Assembly: GCA_905178155.1 (NCBI GenBank)
Contig: CAJINV010000009.1
Coordinates: 3,280,768-3,344,767 of the forward strand
Length of the DNA: 64,000 nucleotides
Source of the DNA: Amoebophrya sp. A120
Lineage: Eukaryota > Protista > Dinoflagellata
Reading direction: 5' to 3'
Numbering within the stretch: position 1 is the stretch's first letter; the number at the start of each line of letters is the position of its first letter. Position numbers and translations under genes: made by a program. The notes below the pieces were generated by a model, which was not told where the DNA came from, did no database searches, and saw only the letters and a list, made by a program, of their open reading frames with translations. Positions 14,345 through 26,256 of the stretch are shown one piece after another.

Positions 14345-17300
14345 ATGTGGCTTCCTCAGCACCTGCTAAAGCTGTTGCTTTTCTTTTTGTTTTCTCTTTC
14401 CTACGACAGCGCAACGGCAGCTCCGGTTGCGGCTGAAGATTTTGACACGGAGAACACAGCTCTTCCAGCGTCAGCCGCTGCCGTGGAAAACGAAGTTCCT
14501 GCAAGGACCACGACAAGTCTTCTTTCCGCCCTGCGAATCACGCTGAAAAAAACTTGTGCACACCGGTTTAGACCGCAGCAGGGTTCGGTGGACGGGGCTC
14601 GAGATCTCCTTGCGGTAAACGAGGAGCGACAGCAGAACGAGGCGAGAGACAGAAAGTCGGGCTCCAATGATGATAAAAGCGCTGTCGCGGATGGCCGAAA
14701 CCCGTTGCACATCCAGGTGGAGGCGAAGCTTTCAACCAGCAGTCGACCAAAAAAGAATCACTCCTCCGGAGCTGATAGTTTCATCACGATGATGCGAGGA
14801 CCGCTGACTCCTGAAGTGCTTACTTCACTTGAAAAAGAAGACTCTGTCCCAAGTCCGGCTGGCACCGACACCGCCTCCCAGATGGACGAGGGGCTGCAGA
14901 GCGCGCCAACTGCAAGATTTTCAGGCAGAGCGCAAATACCATCTTCGGCCCTTTCGCTTTCCTATTGCGACGGGAGAGCAGATTCTGGAGCACAAAGCGC
15001 TCCAGATTGCGACGCAGGTACTTAAGTACGTCGACCAAGTTTGAAATAGTTACACGAAACAAGTAGTTAAAATTGACGTGTGCGCTGTGAGTGAGATATT
15101 CATATTCATTCTTTCTCGCACACGATGTTGAAGAACAACGTATTTTGTGAACTCGAGAACTGTAAAACCTTGCTATTACACAATGTGTAATAGCAATGTT
15201 TTAGAGTTTTACTTTTTGTGTCCAATATGCATGTGCTCACGACTTCGAACAACAACAACGCCAGGGCGCTGCTTTCCTTTCCTGCCTTCGTTTTCCACTT
15301 CTTGGCTCGGGCCAGCACTGCCTACGCTTTTTGGAGGACCGCAGGCTCGACAGGCCCGAACGAAAAATCCCCTGGGTGAAGGTACCATTAAGAGGGGTGG
15401 GCCAGCAGCAGTAGGCGGCGCCGCCGAACCAACGCAAGGTCGCTCGTCACGTCGACTGGAGAATGTTGCAGCTGCAAATATAAGGGTTCCGACGCACCAC
15501 ACCGTGAAACGAGACGAGGATCTACGAAGCAGTCTCGCCAGAGTGGAAGCTGGTCTCATGCTGTCTGGAAGACCAGGAGGACTCCTCAATGAGCAACAGG
15601 GTGCTTTAAGTTTTCTCTCGGCCCAGGACGTAGGATCATTTTTGCAGGCAAGCAAGCGGTACTCGCAGCAAGATATGTTCGGACCCGGTGTTGCAGCCGC
15701 TGCAATCGCGCAGCATACTCACGACAGGTCCATCGAAAATCGCACGGAGAGCTGTGAGGACCTCTTTCTGGAAGTTCTCCGCGAGAACGTAGGCACGAAA
15801 ATGCCGCGGGACTTCTGGAACACCGACGTCGATCGGGGGCTTGACTACTTGAAATACTTTCAGTTAGAAACTCAGAGAGAATCTGGTGCTGCCGTCCACG
15901 CACCCGATAGGCCGGCGGCAGATACAGAGTGGAGCGTAACATATTTTTTTCATTTGCTTTTTATTTGAAAGAATGTTTTTTGTGATTGTGCCTGCTGCAT
16001 TCCTTCTCCCCGAGAGATATTTTCGCTGCATAGCAAAAGCAGCACGAGGAGCATCCGAGAGCACCGCTTTTCAGTAGAAAGTTTGAGGAAAACCGGCAAT
16101 ACCAATTCTTTTCTTTGGTCTGCTGCTTCTTTCGCAACTTCTTGGAAGTAGTAGTAGCAGTTTTAGTACTTCTAGAACACAAAATACTAAATACAGGTTT
16201 GGCTGCTGATGAAGATGGCGATGGAAACCTGCAACCCAGGAAACGCGTACAAGCGAGGCGGAACAACATCGTGGTGGATGTACACCTCGAAGGTCCTTTC
16301 GAAAGGATGTCACAAAAGCGACAGAAATTTTTTTCGCGAGGTTTTAGAATTTTTCCAGGAGGATGCGCCGATGGAAAACAAGTCTGGGACGCAGAGGCTC
16401 CGAGAACGTTGGGCAGGAACATCGAAGTTGGTTCTTTGGAATCCACCGAAGCTATCATCGGAAAACTGCATTTTTGTCATACTTGTTGAAATTTCGCTGA
16501 TAGCTACGCAAGTAGTTATTTGCACTTCGTGATATTTGTCTTCAGGAGTAAAGCTCCAACTACACCTGCAAGGTTGCAAATCATACCATCTGCATTTCAT
16601 ACAATGTGCCTCCAGCAAAACTACTTCCAGATTAAGGGTGCACTTTCACGATGATTGCGCACACGTTCCTTCCCCGGGCAGCGCTCAACACCTTGGGCAG
16701 ATGAGCCGCCTCAGCCTGTTGACATGTCGCTGAACCAGAACCGAAGTCCAGTCGTCGACCGCAGGTGTCGTCTTGCCATGGCGACGGAAGTGCTCTTTCA
16801 GAATCCCTCAAGCGTTTATGGATTGCAATTTCCTGTGAAACTCGGTATACTTGTCCGATGTTTTGTAAACCGTCCTTTGTAAGTGCATCGTGTGAATGAA
16901 AGGCGTTTTTATTTCTTTCACTGGATGATGAAAGAATAAGAAGCTGAAGCTCCAAGTCCAATTCCAAAATGATAGTTCCACTGTGGCACTAGAGAAATCG
17001 CGCATATAAATCCAAACACAACACAGGTTATTGTCTCAATCCGTGGAATCTAGACGCAGCGCCACGCCGGCCCCACTCAGGCTTTTTCTTAACTGACCCA
17101 ATGAAAATGGACTCGGAGTGGCATCCGTATTTTCGTAGGATGTTTCGAAGATTTGCCGACAGGTGGCGTAGTCGTTCCAATGGTGTAAGCAAGCGGTGGT
17201 CTTACGACCAGTTTCAATGGGATTGGCGAAGTTTTCATGGAAAACGCTTGAAGTACACGTGGTGGTACAAACATCTATTCAAAGAGGGACGCGACCCGCA

Positions 17301-17367
17301 AATATTGAACGAGAACCCGGCCGACTACCTTGTAGAAGTTCCCACAAAAGTGGCCACTGAAACTTGA
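14345..17367 (+). CDS. Paralogue 3 of putatively secreted family; exons 14345-15017, ~15316-15935, 16197-16451, 16661-16844, 17027-17367
   Basis: Signal peptide MWLPQHLLKLLLFFLFSLSYDSATA; GT-AG introns 15936-16196 and 16845-17026 are at the same positions as in paralogue 2. The acceptor of the first intron is uncertain. Confidence 0.75.
16453..16656. mobile_element. Degenerate introner / non-canonical intron
   Basis: Imperfect TIR tatcatcggaaaactgca / tgcactttcacgatgatt. Removing 209 nt gives PPK|TRSFPGQR versus PPKTNSFSRQR in paralogue 1. Confidence 0.7.
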
Positions 17368-18010
17368 GGTGAAGAGTAGCGGGTCTCATGTATAATTCCA
17401 ACACGAAGGACAACGAACATCAAAGAGCACGGCCCGCCATGGCGGAAACACAAATAAAACATAGTACATCTACTAGAGAAAAGAAAAAACGCCGGCCGAG
17501 CAGGTCCAGATTCGATTTCCGGATCGGAACCTCGAGAAGTGTTTTCTTGTTGTGTTGAGTCGCTCATCCTCATCCCAGTATTGTCGTGCACATCGTTTGT
17601 TCTGTTCTTCTTGCTTTCGTCTTACTTGTCGTGCTGATATAGGTGTCGTCCAAACTCGTCTTGAAGAATTCCTTTCGTACTTTGTGTCGTTCCACGTGCT
17701 TGCTGCATCGTCCTGACAGCATCGTCGTTTGCTGTGATCGTCCACCATCGTGTTGAACCGCAGAAGTGCCAATTCACGACGCAGCGACGGTCTGCGTGAG
17801 TAAATAACTGTAGATGAAAAGTATACTTGAGGTAGGTTTGACACGATCTTCAGATCTATTGGCAGTGTCAACATATCAGATCCTCCCGTGATAAAGTATT
17901 TGATCATTGCTGTTTGTGTTTACGTCAGCGTATTTCAACCCTTGGTCGTGATTCTAAACTGACTCCTAGAAGTAGCAACCAGCAAATTTTTAATAGTCAA
18001 ACAGCAAAAA

Positions 18011-21000
18011 ATGTCAGCCGCCACGACCAAGGAGCCCAATGGGGCCTTGCAACTGCTTGTTGCCACTGCTTCCGCCTACGGGGTGTACAAAATCTACGCC
18101 TACTACGTCAATAAACAGAGCCATAGAGCAGGAAAAACGCTTTACCTCGACCCCGATGAAACTTCTTACCGGTTTGCTGGAAGGAGGAAGCACAGCAAAG
18201 AGAAGGACCAGCAGCAGGGTAGAAGTAGCCCCACGACGAGGACGAGAGGAATGAATAAGAAATCTTCCAGGTCGAGGGAGAAACAATCTGGGTCTTTTTC
18301 CTCTGATACAAACCCCACTACTACAAGCAGTCCAGAGGACGCAACAACCCCTGCTGCTGACGAAGATCTAACCACCACGAACCAGGAAATCGACGACAAC
18401 GGGGACCCGATCAACGAAAACCAAGTGGATTTGATATAGCAAGAAAAAAGTGTTACAGTTACACATTGTGTTGCAAGACCGGCAACACAGACAACCTTTC
18501 TCATGCAGGAAATGCTTGGGAGCCTCGTTTCCTTCCTGTTTTCCCTTATGATCTTCGCATTACAAGTCTTCTCTGCCACACAGAGAAAATTTGTGATGCA
18601 GAAACTCCAACAAATGTGTAACTGTAACACTTTTTTCTCACGATATTTGATCGGCCAGTTTTATTGGGACAAGCTTTCTGAGAAAGCCCGGCTCTTACTC
18701 GAACAGCAGATGTTGATCCAGGAAAGTTTCATCCCCGGGTTTATCCAGGATGCGAAGGATAGGCTACTATCAAATGTAAAAATGTCTGGGTCTGGAGGAG
18801 TCTAAACTTGTCATGCAGGTTTTCCATGACCCACTAGGTCTGGAATGCGGGACCTAGCATGGGAGACTTTGTGAGGTCTTTGTCATGCCCATCCAGCATG
18901 AGAAACTCCCTGTCCCTCCCAACTTGGTCGGCAGTGGACAGCTTTTGGCACTCATGCAACACAGATTTTTGCATGATTCGGATTTAGCATGACAAGTTGG
19001 CACTCTTCCAGACCCAGACATTTTTGCATTTGATAGCTGCGGGTCCAAGACTACCAGAACGCGAAAAAGGCCGTGTTGGAGAAGAAAAAGTTGGAGAAGA
19101 TGCTGAAAAAATTGGAGTTCCGATATCATTTAGTCTTAACCTGTTTGACCGACTTGGATATCGCGTATTGCAAGCGAAAACTCGCTTTGGACGTGTCCAA
19201 GTCGACCTTGCTCCGGTTGGAACTGGACGAACTCGTGGAGTCGAAAATCGCGGATTGCAGGAGGAAATACTTCGGTGGAAACAATAGAGTCGGAAGCGGG
19301 TTTCTTGTTGGAGGGATGGCTGGATCTTCCGGCTTTTCCAGTCCGAGTTCCAGTAAAGCGAGTACTAGAAATAATTATCAGCTCGCTGCTACGGCTTCCT
19401 CTCTCTACCCCTCTCTGGAGGAACCGCGAAAGCACAATGGGAATCATGTGTTTCAGCAGCAAAGCCCACAGTTTCCGCTTCGTAGTTCCCCGGAGGGCGA
19501 AAATTTCCATTCTGGGCGCTTTCAACAACAGCAACAGCAGCAGCATCACCAGCAGTGGAGTAGCAACTCAACGCGCAATAACATGAGTTTAGTGCTCTCT
19601 GCCGATGACATTCCGAACGAATTTGATGATTTTTTTGTGGATGAAGATGGGTCGTTTTTGCTGGAGCAACCCCGCGCGAAACCCCCGACTCCGGTGAACA
19701 TTGCGTACTATCCGGAAGGAGCAGGAGGTCCTCGTACTTCTAGAGGAGGGCCACTGCGTGGTTCTTTTTTCCGGAGGACAAGAGAAACAACTCCAGCATC
19801 CTTCACTCCAGGAATAAATAACATAAGTGCAGCTGGAAGGCCTTCACCAGGTGCGGGGACGATGTTGACGTCGTCTGTTCATCATGCTGGAACATCAGAC
19901 ACGAAATCTTCGAAGCCAGATGTTTTATTTCATCAACCTCTCGTTGATTTCGACCTTTGCCTTTCCGAATCCGACTCCACTGCTTTGGAAACCACGGAAA
20001 TCTCCACCTCGCTTTACCCGGAACTGGAGCCGCCGAGGTTGTTTTCCTCAAACGGTTTTCTGTTCGGACTGACAGCAACTCGTAGTTCTACTTCATCGGC
20101 GACCACTTGGAACAGATCAAATTCCAGGCCCACCCCAGCACCGGTGAAAAAGGTTCTCTTCGCGGCCCCCGGAGTGACGTATCGGGAAGTGGTTCGGCGG
20201 CCGCGAGAGGCAGAGGACGGGGTAGAGGGGGCCGGAGAAGTAGAAGAGGAGAATAGAAATCCTCCGCTTCCTTTAGGGAAAAAGGCCACAGTGGTGTCGA
20301 AAGCGAAAAGTGTTTTGAAGAAGTCGAGCTCTATCATATCCCACGAAAAAACAGTTTCACTTTGGTGATTTTGCACAATCTGCATCACAAGTTCCTTACT
20401 CATGACACAGAAAATTTGCCATGCGCGCTTCCCGATGGAAAACACGCTTGAAAATGCAATGTGTTGCAGGTGTAGCAAGACAAATATTTCTGTGGTCCAT
20501 TTTCTGCATCACAAGTTCGCAGTGAAGCAGTTTTTTCTTGCGATATATCACGTCGCTGTCCGAAGGGCCTGAATCCTCCGGACGGAGTCAGTCGCCTTTT
20601 GTCGGAAGGAATAGTTGTGGAAGCAGTGGGAGGTGGGGGCAGCAGCGGGGGCGTTGTGCGTCATCTAGTACTTCTTCCCGGGTAGAAGATTGCTCGCCGG
20701 CCGCGATGTTGAACAGCCGCCGAAGCGGGTCCTCTTCGGCGGTAGAAAGAACTACACCGTCTAGAAGTGCACGAGGACGACGAGGAGCGAGTGTGGACGG
20801 GAAAACTGCACCTAATTCCGCCCCATCTTCACCTGCGCAAGAAGACCACGGCCGCGGGAGGAGATCTTCTGTAACTGCGATGAGAGAGCGATTTACTAGC
20901 GGTCGCAGAGTGTCATCTGCTATCCGTTCATCTCTACCAAAGAACAATGCCCCCGTCACTCCTCCTCTGTCTACTTCCCAGAGGTCGAGTTCCACTAGGA

Positions 21001-21029
21001 CTAGTAAAGATGGTGTTTGGAAGAGTTAA
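18011..21029 (+). CDS. Hypothetical protein with N-terminal hydrophobic anchor and coiled coil; exons 18011-18434, 18651-18767, 19041-20336, 20551-21029
   Basis: Four ORF pieces join in frame (VDL|IGQF, DRL|RVQD, SSI|TSLS) after removing three introners. Confidence 0.8.
18435..18645. mobile_element. Introner family H, DR tttga
   Basis: TIR tatagcaagaaaaaagtgttacagttacaca / tgtgtaactgtaacacttttttctcacgata. Confidence 0.9.
18768..19035. mobile_element. Introner family A, DR gctac/gctgc
   Basis: TIR tatcaaatgtaaaaatgtctgggtctgga / tccagacccagacatttttgcatttgata. Confidence 0.92.
20337..20545. mobile_element. Introner family H (divergent), DR tatca
   Basis: TIR tatcccacgaaaaaacagtttcact / agtgaagcagttttttcttgcgata; 209 bp, with an interior similar to the 42313 element. 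Confidence 0.88.
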
Positions 21030-22044
21030 GTAGTTTGTTAGCATTTGGAAAGTAGCTGTTGCAGTTCAGTTTCTGCGGGACAAAGAAGGCTTTACCTGTA
21101 CAGATCCTACCCCCAACATCAAAAATTGCCTACCCCTGTTTCTCAGAATATTTTGCTTCCCAAAAGATTATTATTTTGGTCCCCGTGATGACAAGAATGT
21201 GAATGAATTTTCCTCATACATCTCAAGCTCAAGGGAGTTCTGCCCTTGACAAGGAACGCAAGACATTACAGCATGCGTGTTTTGATGTTTGACGCTGTGC
21301 GCGCAGCTTTAACTTTTTCCAGTGAAATCACCGGAATAAACCAGATTGATAAACTAAATGTAGATTGTGAATGTTCTGGATGCTTGCAAATGTTCACCTC
21401 AGGTCCTCACAAAGCGAATAGTATCTGTACATCCAAAATTCATCACATAGTAGTTCTGGTTCTTTCCCTGCCTCCTATCAGGTACGGTACGTCCCAATGC
21501 GGACGCGCGCGTGGTAGATGATCTAGAATGACGCGCAAATTCATTTCAGGTGTCAATCTCAATTTGTTTCGTTCTTTGGCGCGCAAGTAGTTCGAAATGG
21601 ACATGGAGTGGACACGGTAGAGCGTATCAACAGAAGATGTTGTTCTACCGAAAGATCCTCTTTTGTGAAAAAGTTTCTTTTGAAGATAACCAAACCGCCG
21701 CGTGGTCGCGTTCCTTTTTTTCTTTCGATCTGCCATGTACAACTTCTCGCAGGGCAAATACCTGTACTTGAATGAGTATAGCAAGCGAACATTGAAGATC
21801 TAGCGGTCTTCAGATTATTATAGCCACACTCAACGCGCGGCAAGAATTTGTTGTGTTTACTATGTGGTCTACCTAAACTTAGAAATTTCAATTTCCTCGT
21901 TATTTTTCCAATAGAACAACTCTTCTAGTAGAGCGATATACCATTTCATCTCTTCCCGCGGCCGAGAACAACAACGAACTCGTCCATCTTTTTTCTCAGA
22001 TTTCTCCTCCCCACTCCGAACAATTATGAATCCCGTTTCCACGG

Positions 22045-22264
22045 TATGACAGTGCACAACTCCCCCTCCCCCTCATTTGTCATGCAAAAACCCAAGTCCA
22101 GTTGCTACCTTGTGGCACCGCGTGCATGACAAATTCCGGGAATCCGAACCGTACTACACTCGGCGCATGAACTTGTCATGCACAGGGTCCACCTGTAGTG
22201 GAGTTTGTAATGCTGTTGATACCATACAAATTATGAGGGGGAGTGGGGGTTGTGCACTGTCATA
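22045..22264. mobile_element. Introner family D, DR cacgg (probably in the 5' UTR)
   Basis: TIR tatgacagtgcacaactccccctccccctcat / atgagggggagtgggggttgtgcactgtcata. Confidence 0.9.
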
Positions 22265-22278
22265 CACGGCCCCCCTTG

Positions 22279-25200
22279 ATGACGATCTCCGAGGAAAGTT
22301 GGCAGCAGCATTGGCATATCAAGTGCAAAAGTATCGTCCTAGTATGAATTGCATTACAAATTGCCTTAGCATTACAAATTAATTTTGTAATGCGGATTTG
22401 CCTTGAGAAACAAAAAGATTTGTAAGGCATAAATGCAATTGTACGAGTGCGATACTTTTGCTGTGGATATGGCAAAACACGTTTTCTAATGCGCAACTGC
22501 TGGCACAACAAGGGCTTACGAACACGACGACGACGACGAACAACAGCAGTACGAACCAGAACCTGACCCACCAGCAGTTTAACCAATATAACACCCAAGA
22601 CCAACAAAACCTCGCAGCGGTACAGCAGTTCCAAAACTATTACGACCAAGCGGCGCAGCAGCAGTACAACCAGCTGGCACAACAGCAGTACTTGTATAAC
22701 CAACTCGCTTGGTACAATACCAATACCAGCAATACGAATACAAATCCTGCCAATACAACGAATAGTACCATGGGCTACTACGACCGCAGTTCCCGTAATG
22801 CCGACATAGGGGATATGGGAGTGTTAGGATCGAAATCGACAAAATCGAAAAACTTGTAATGCACAAAATCGATGCCAGTTAGACCCACAGTTTGTAGTCG
22901 GCGCATGACAAACTTACCACGTCCTGGAAGCGAATCTGTCATGCGGTTTAGGGCAAAATAGCTCCCCTCCGTCATGCGAGCCACCAGCGCAATATGTGAC
23001 ACTTAGCAGGACTACAATCTGCCTCCTTTGCGTCCTCTGCAATAGAGGCACTTTTGCTGTCGCATTTTCTGCATGACAGATTATTTCGACCTTGTCGATT
23101 TCGATCCTGACGCTTCCATAGGAGACAGCCGGCGGTGCATGGGTTTGTTCCTCTCGCTATCCCATGTAAAAACGTCCCCACCCCATAGTCAAGATGGGGA
23201 ATCGACTAGACAAGTCCACGAGTTTTGGCTGTTTTGCATGACAAATTTGGAGTCGCCTTGTAGTGCTGTTTGAGGTCGTTCAGCAGCATCACAGATCTAG
23301 CACATCGCGCTGATTGGCGCATTACAAACTCCAAAACGCGAATAACAAATGCTTCTCATGGGGCTCCGCATGACAAACATTTTGAGCATGCAGATTTGCA
23401 TGACAACTCTGGGGTGGGGACGTTTTTACACAGGATACTCGCGGGGGCGTCCCGGGGAGAAAGATGTGTACACGGGGAAATCGCAGGGCATGAACGGGAG
23501 CTGGGATGACGTTGGGATCTCCCGGCTCGTGGGCGAGTGGCGGAAGGAATTCAAGAAAGTGACGGATAAGTACAGCCACAAGCCCGCGCACCAAAGACCC
23601 ACGTTTCTGATCACCGATTTTCTTTTCGAACAAAACAAAATTGGGGACGAAGGGGCCAAGACGATCTTCGAGTTCCTGTTGGAGTATAAAGTGAAATGCA
23701 ACGTTATCAAGCTGTACAAAAACGACATCGGGGACACCGGGGCGTACTACATCGCGAAATATTTACGGGGCATGGAGGACTACGCGGTCCGCGAGTTGCA
23801 CTTGTCGGACAACTACATGGGGGCGAAGGGAATGGAGGACCTTTTTCAGGCGGTGGTCGGAAACAAAATGTATCCGAAAGAGGAGAGGCGAGGACCGTCG
23901 GTGTCGCTCTGTCCACTGTGGCTGCGCATCGAGAATAACTGTATTCGCATATAAGCATTTTTTTTTGTCATGCGTGCCGCCATGTCCATGTGTTTACATT
24001 TGTTGTTTTGAATTTGATTCGAAGCCTTACTTTGAGACGACCGCATGTTGACCAGAGACAACTGCATCGTCGATTTTTGATTCGTCCAATGATCACTGAA
24101 ATCACAGGCATCACCAACTTTATGGAGAATTTCGCGAAGATGGTACAGGAGGCCACCGACATCCGGACCCGCTTCATCCAGCCCGGCTACTGCAGCGAAA
24201 CGGGAGCGGTGAAACTCTACAAGGACAAGGCCGGGAAGGATGACGACAACTGGAAGGGGTACGTGATCCGGGGTCAGACCGGCCCCGCGTTCGCCCCCTA
24301 CACGTGCGCGGAGATCAACGGCAACTTCCCCGCCCTGTATTGCAATGAGAAATGCTCCCACCCCACACTTGGCACCAGAATTTGTATTGCAAACCTTTCC
24401 AATAGAAACATTTTCCGTCTTGCATATCTCAGCATCACAAATTTTCCATTCTGAATAGCTCGAATTTATTGTGTTGCGAAGGGGCCCAACAGCAGCGGGA
24501 TCTGTTATGCACAAAGCACCTTGCGCATCTAGATTCTGCATCAGAAAGGCTCGCAATCCTTTCACGCAACACAAAAAGGTTTCATTTGGAAACTTTGCAT
24601 GACAAACTTTTGCAAATACGGGGGTGGAGGCATTCTTCATTGTAATACCCTGCACGTCATCTTTGGGCAGAAGCAGCACCTGCATAAGGTCCAGTACACC
24701 CCCAGGCACGCGAAAATGCCCCGGCCGGTAGACGCGTTGTATCAAAATGAAAAATCCCCCCTCCCCATATCAAAGGGGGGATTTGTGTAGCATGATTTGC
24801 GACCACAAATCATATTGCCATGCTAGAAGGCAAAAGGTGCGGACTGTAGAGCTGGCTGGCGTGGGAAGGCCTTGCAACCTCAGCATGACAGGAGGCAGCT
24901 GGCATAGGGAAACAGCATGACAAATTTCCTGCAATTCAGGCAGCAACTGCTTCTCTTGGCCTTCTAGCAATACAAGTCGATTTGTGTACACAAATCCCGC
25001 ATGACAGATTTCCAATTCGATATGGGGTGGGGGGATTTTTCCTTACGATACGTTGCTGGATTTGTTTCCCGCCGGCGTGGCTTCCCCTAACTTCAAACCC
25101 ACGGTTCCATATGAAATGCAAATATGTCTGGGTCTGGAAGAATCCAAACTTGTCATGCAGAATTTCCATGCCCCGTGAGGTCTGGAATGCAGGACCTAGC

Positions 25201-26256
25201 ATGACAGAATCTGCGAGGTCTCTATCGTGCCTCTTCTGCATGAGAAACTTCCTCTCCTGGTGGTCAGAAAAGGGCATCTTTTGTTGCTCACGCAAGATGA
25301 CAGATTTTTGTGTGAGGCGCAGGATGCATCACAGGCTCCATCCTTCCAGACATCCAGGGATATTTGCAATGCATATCCCATCCTCGGTGACAAATCCGGC
25401 CAGTCTGACCCAGAACCAGCTGACCAATGGCGGTGGGAAATCCGGACCGCCGCAGGGCGCGGCTGTTCTGGGGGGGAAAAACGTGCAAAATTTGCGCCAA
25501 TTGAACAAAAACAACCTCCCGAACCCCGCAGCTTTGATGTCAACCAACGGTAATAAGCCCGTTGCTGGTAACTCCGCAGCTCCTGCCCCGTTACTCCCCC
25601 TCCGGGTGCCTCCAGCGAAAAACTCCTCCGCAGCGGCGTCAGGTGGCGGGGGCAAGAACAGTGGAAACAACAGCAATGTGAAAGGTAATGGGGCAAATCA
25701 ACAGCAGAGAGAACGGTCGCCCCGCCGTGGAGGTCAAAGTTCTAAGGACCACCAGCAGCAACAAGCGGCTGTCCCGAAACCGCCACCAACGCTGGAGCAA
25801 ATTATCGAAAATGGGGGTACGCCGGACCTGCTCGGTGGCGTGAATTCGGAAGAGGAATTCAACTTTGACAGCTTCAACGGCGGCTTCAACCCTTTTGCGG
25901 CGGAAATGAACGACGATGGAACGGGGAATCAGGATGGCATGTTGGATGACAACGGCGACAATTTTGGCGAGATGAATGCCGGTGACGATAACTACGACGA
26001 AACTACTGGGGACAATTTGCAGACCAGCGCCGATTCGGACAGCTTTTTCGTGAACGACATTGACCGGGAGTTCGGGCCGCAGAACGAACTGATCGAGCGG
26101 CACAACGGATACATTGCGACCATGGGCCTGGAAGAGCTTCCGAACGATTGGATCTACGCGAAGGGGATGGGTAACAAATCGAAAATCTACTACTTCAACA
26201 TGTCAACCCGGCACGCGACCACCAACCGGGGGGAAGTGTTTTTGGCCGGGGAGTGA
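22279..26256 (+). CDS. Q/N-rich, RNI-like leucine-rich-repeat protein with C-terminal WW-like domain; exons 22279-22316, 22475-22813, 23126-23157, 23443-23940, 24108-24337, 24653-24739, 25056-25109, 25381-26256
   Basis: LRR motifs NKIGDEGAKTI, NDIGDTGAYYI and NYMGAKGMEDL; ELPNDW...IYYFN. The frame is continuous after removing six introners and one GT-AG intron (23941-24107). Confidence 0.8.
22317..22469. mobile_element. Introner family C, DR tggca
   Basis: TIR tatcaagtgcaaaagtatcg / cgatacttttgctgtggata. Confidence 0.88.
22814..23120. mobile_element. Introner family E, DR gggga/ggaga
   Basis: TIR tatgggagtgttaggatcgaaatcgacaa / ttgtcgatttcgatcctgacgcttccata; removal gives DIG|DSRR. Confidence 0.88.
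23158..23437. mobile_element. Introner family F, DR ctcgc
   Basis: TIR tatcccatgtaaaaacgtccccacccca / tggggtggggacgtttttacacaggata. Confidence 0.92.
24338..24647. mobile_element. Introner family G, DR ccctg
   Basis: TIR tattgcaatgagaaatgctcccacccc / ggggtggaggcattcttcattgtaata. Confidence 0.88.
24740..25050. mobile_element. Introner family B, DR cgttg
   Basis: TIR tatcaaaatgaaaaatcccccctccccatatc / gatatggggtggggggatttttccttacgata. Confidence 0.92.
25110..25375. mobile_element. Introner family A, DR ttcca/tccca
   Basis: tatgaaatgcaaatatgtctgggtctggaag ... cttccagacatccagggatatttgcaatgcata; removal gives PTVP|SSVTNP. Confidence 0.88.

Noticed and set aside
18768-19035. Tc1/mariner MITEs with a TA target duplication
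   Set aside because: A separate 5-bp direct repeat lies outside the TA, and across the set the element+5 nt rule is what consistently restores frames. The TA therefore belongs to the TIR.
24982-25380. N-terminal part of the 424-aa ORF, and recurring short peptides such as KMSGSG, FQTQTFLHLI and PDPDIFAF
   Set aside because: These are chance translations of introner TIRs, not protein motifs.
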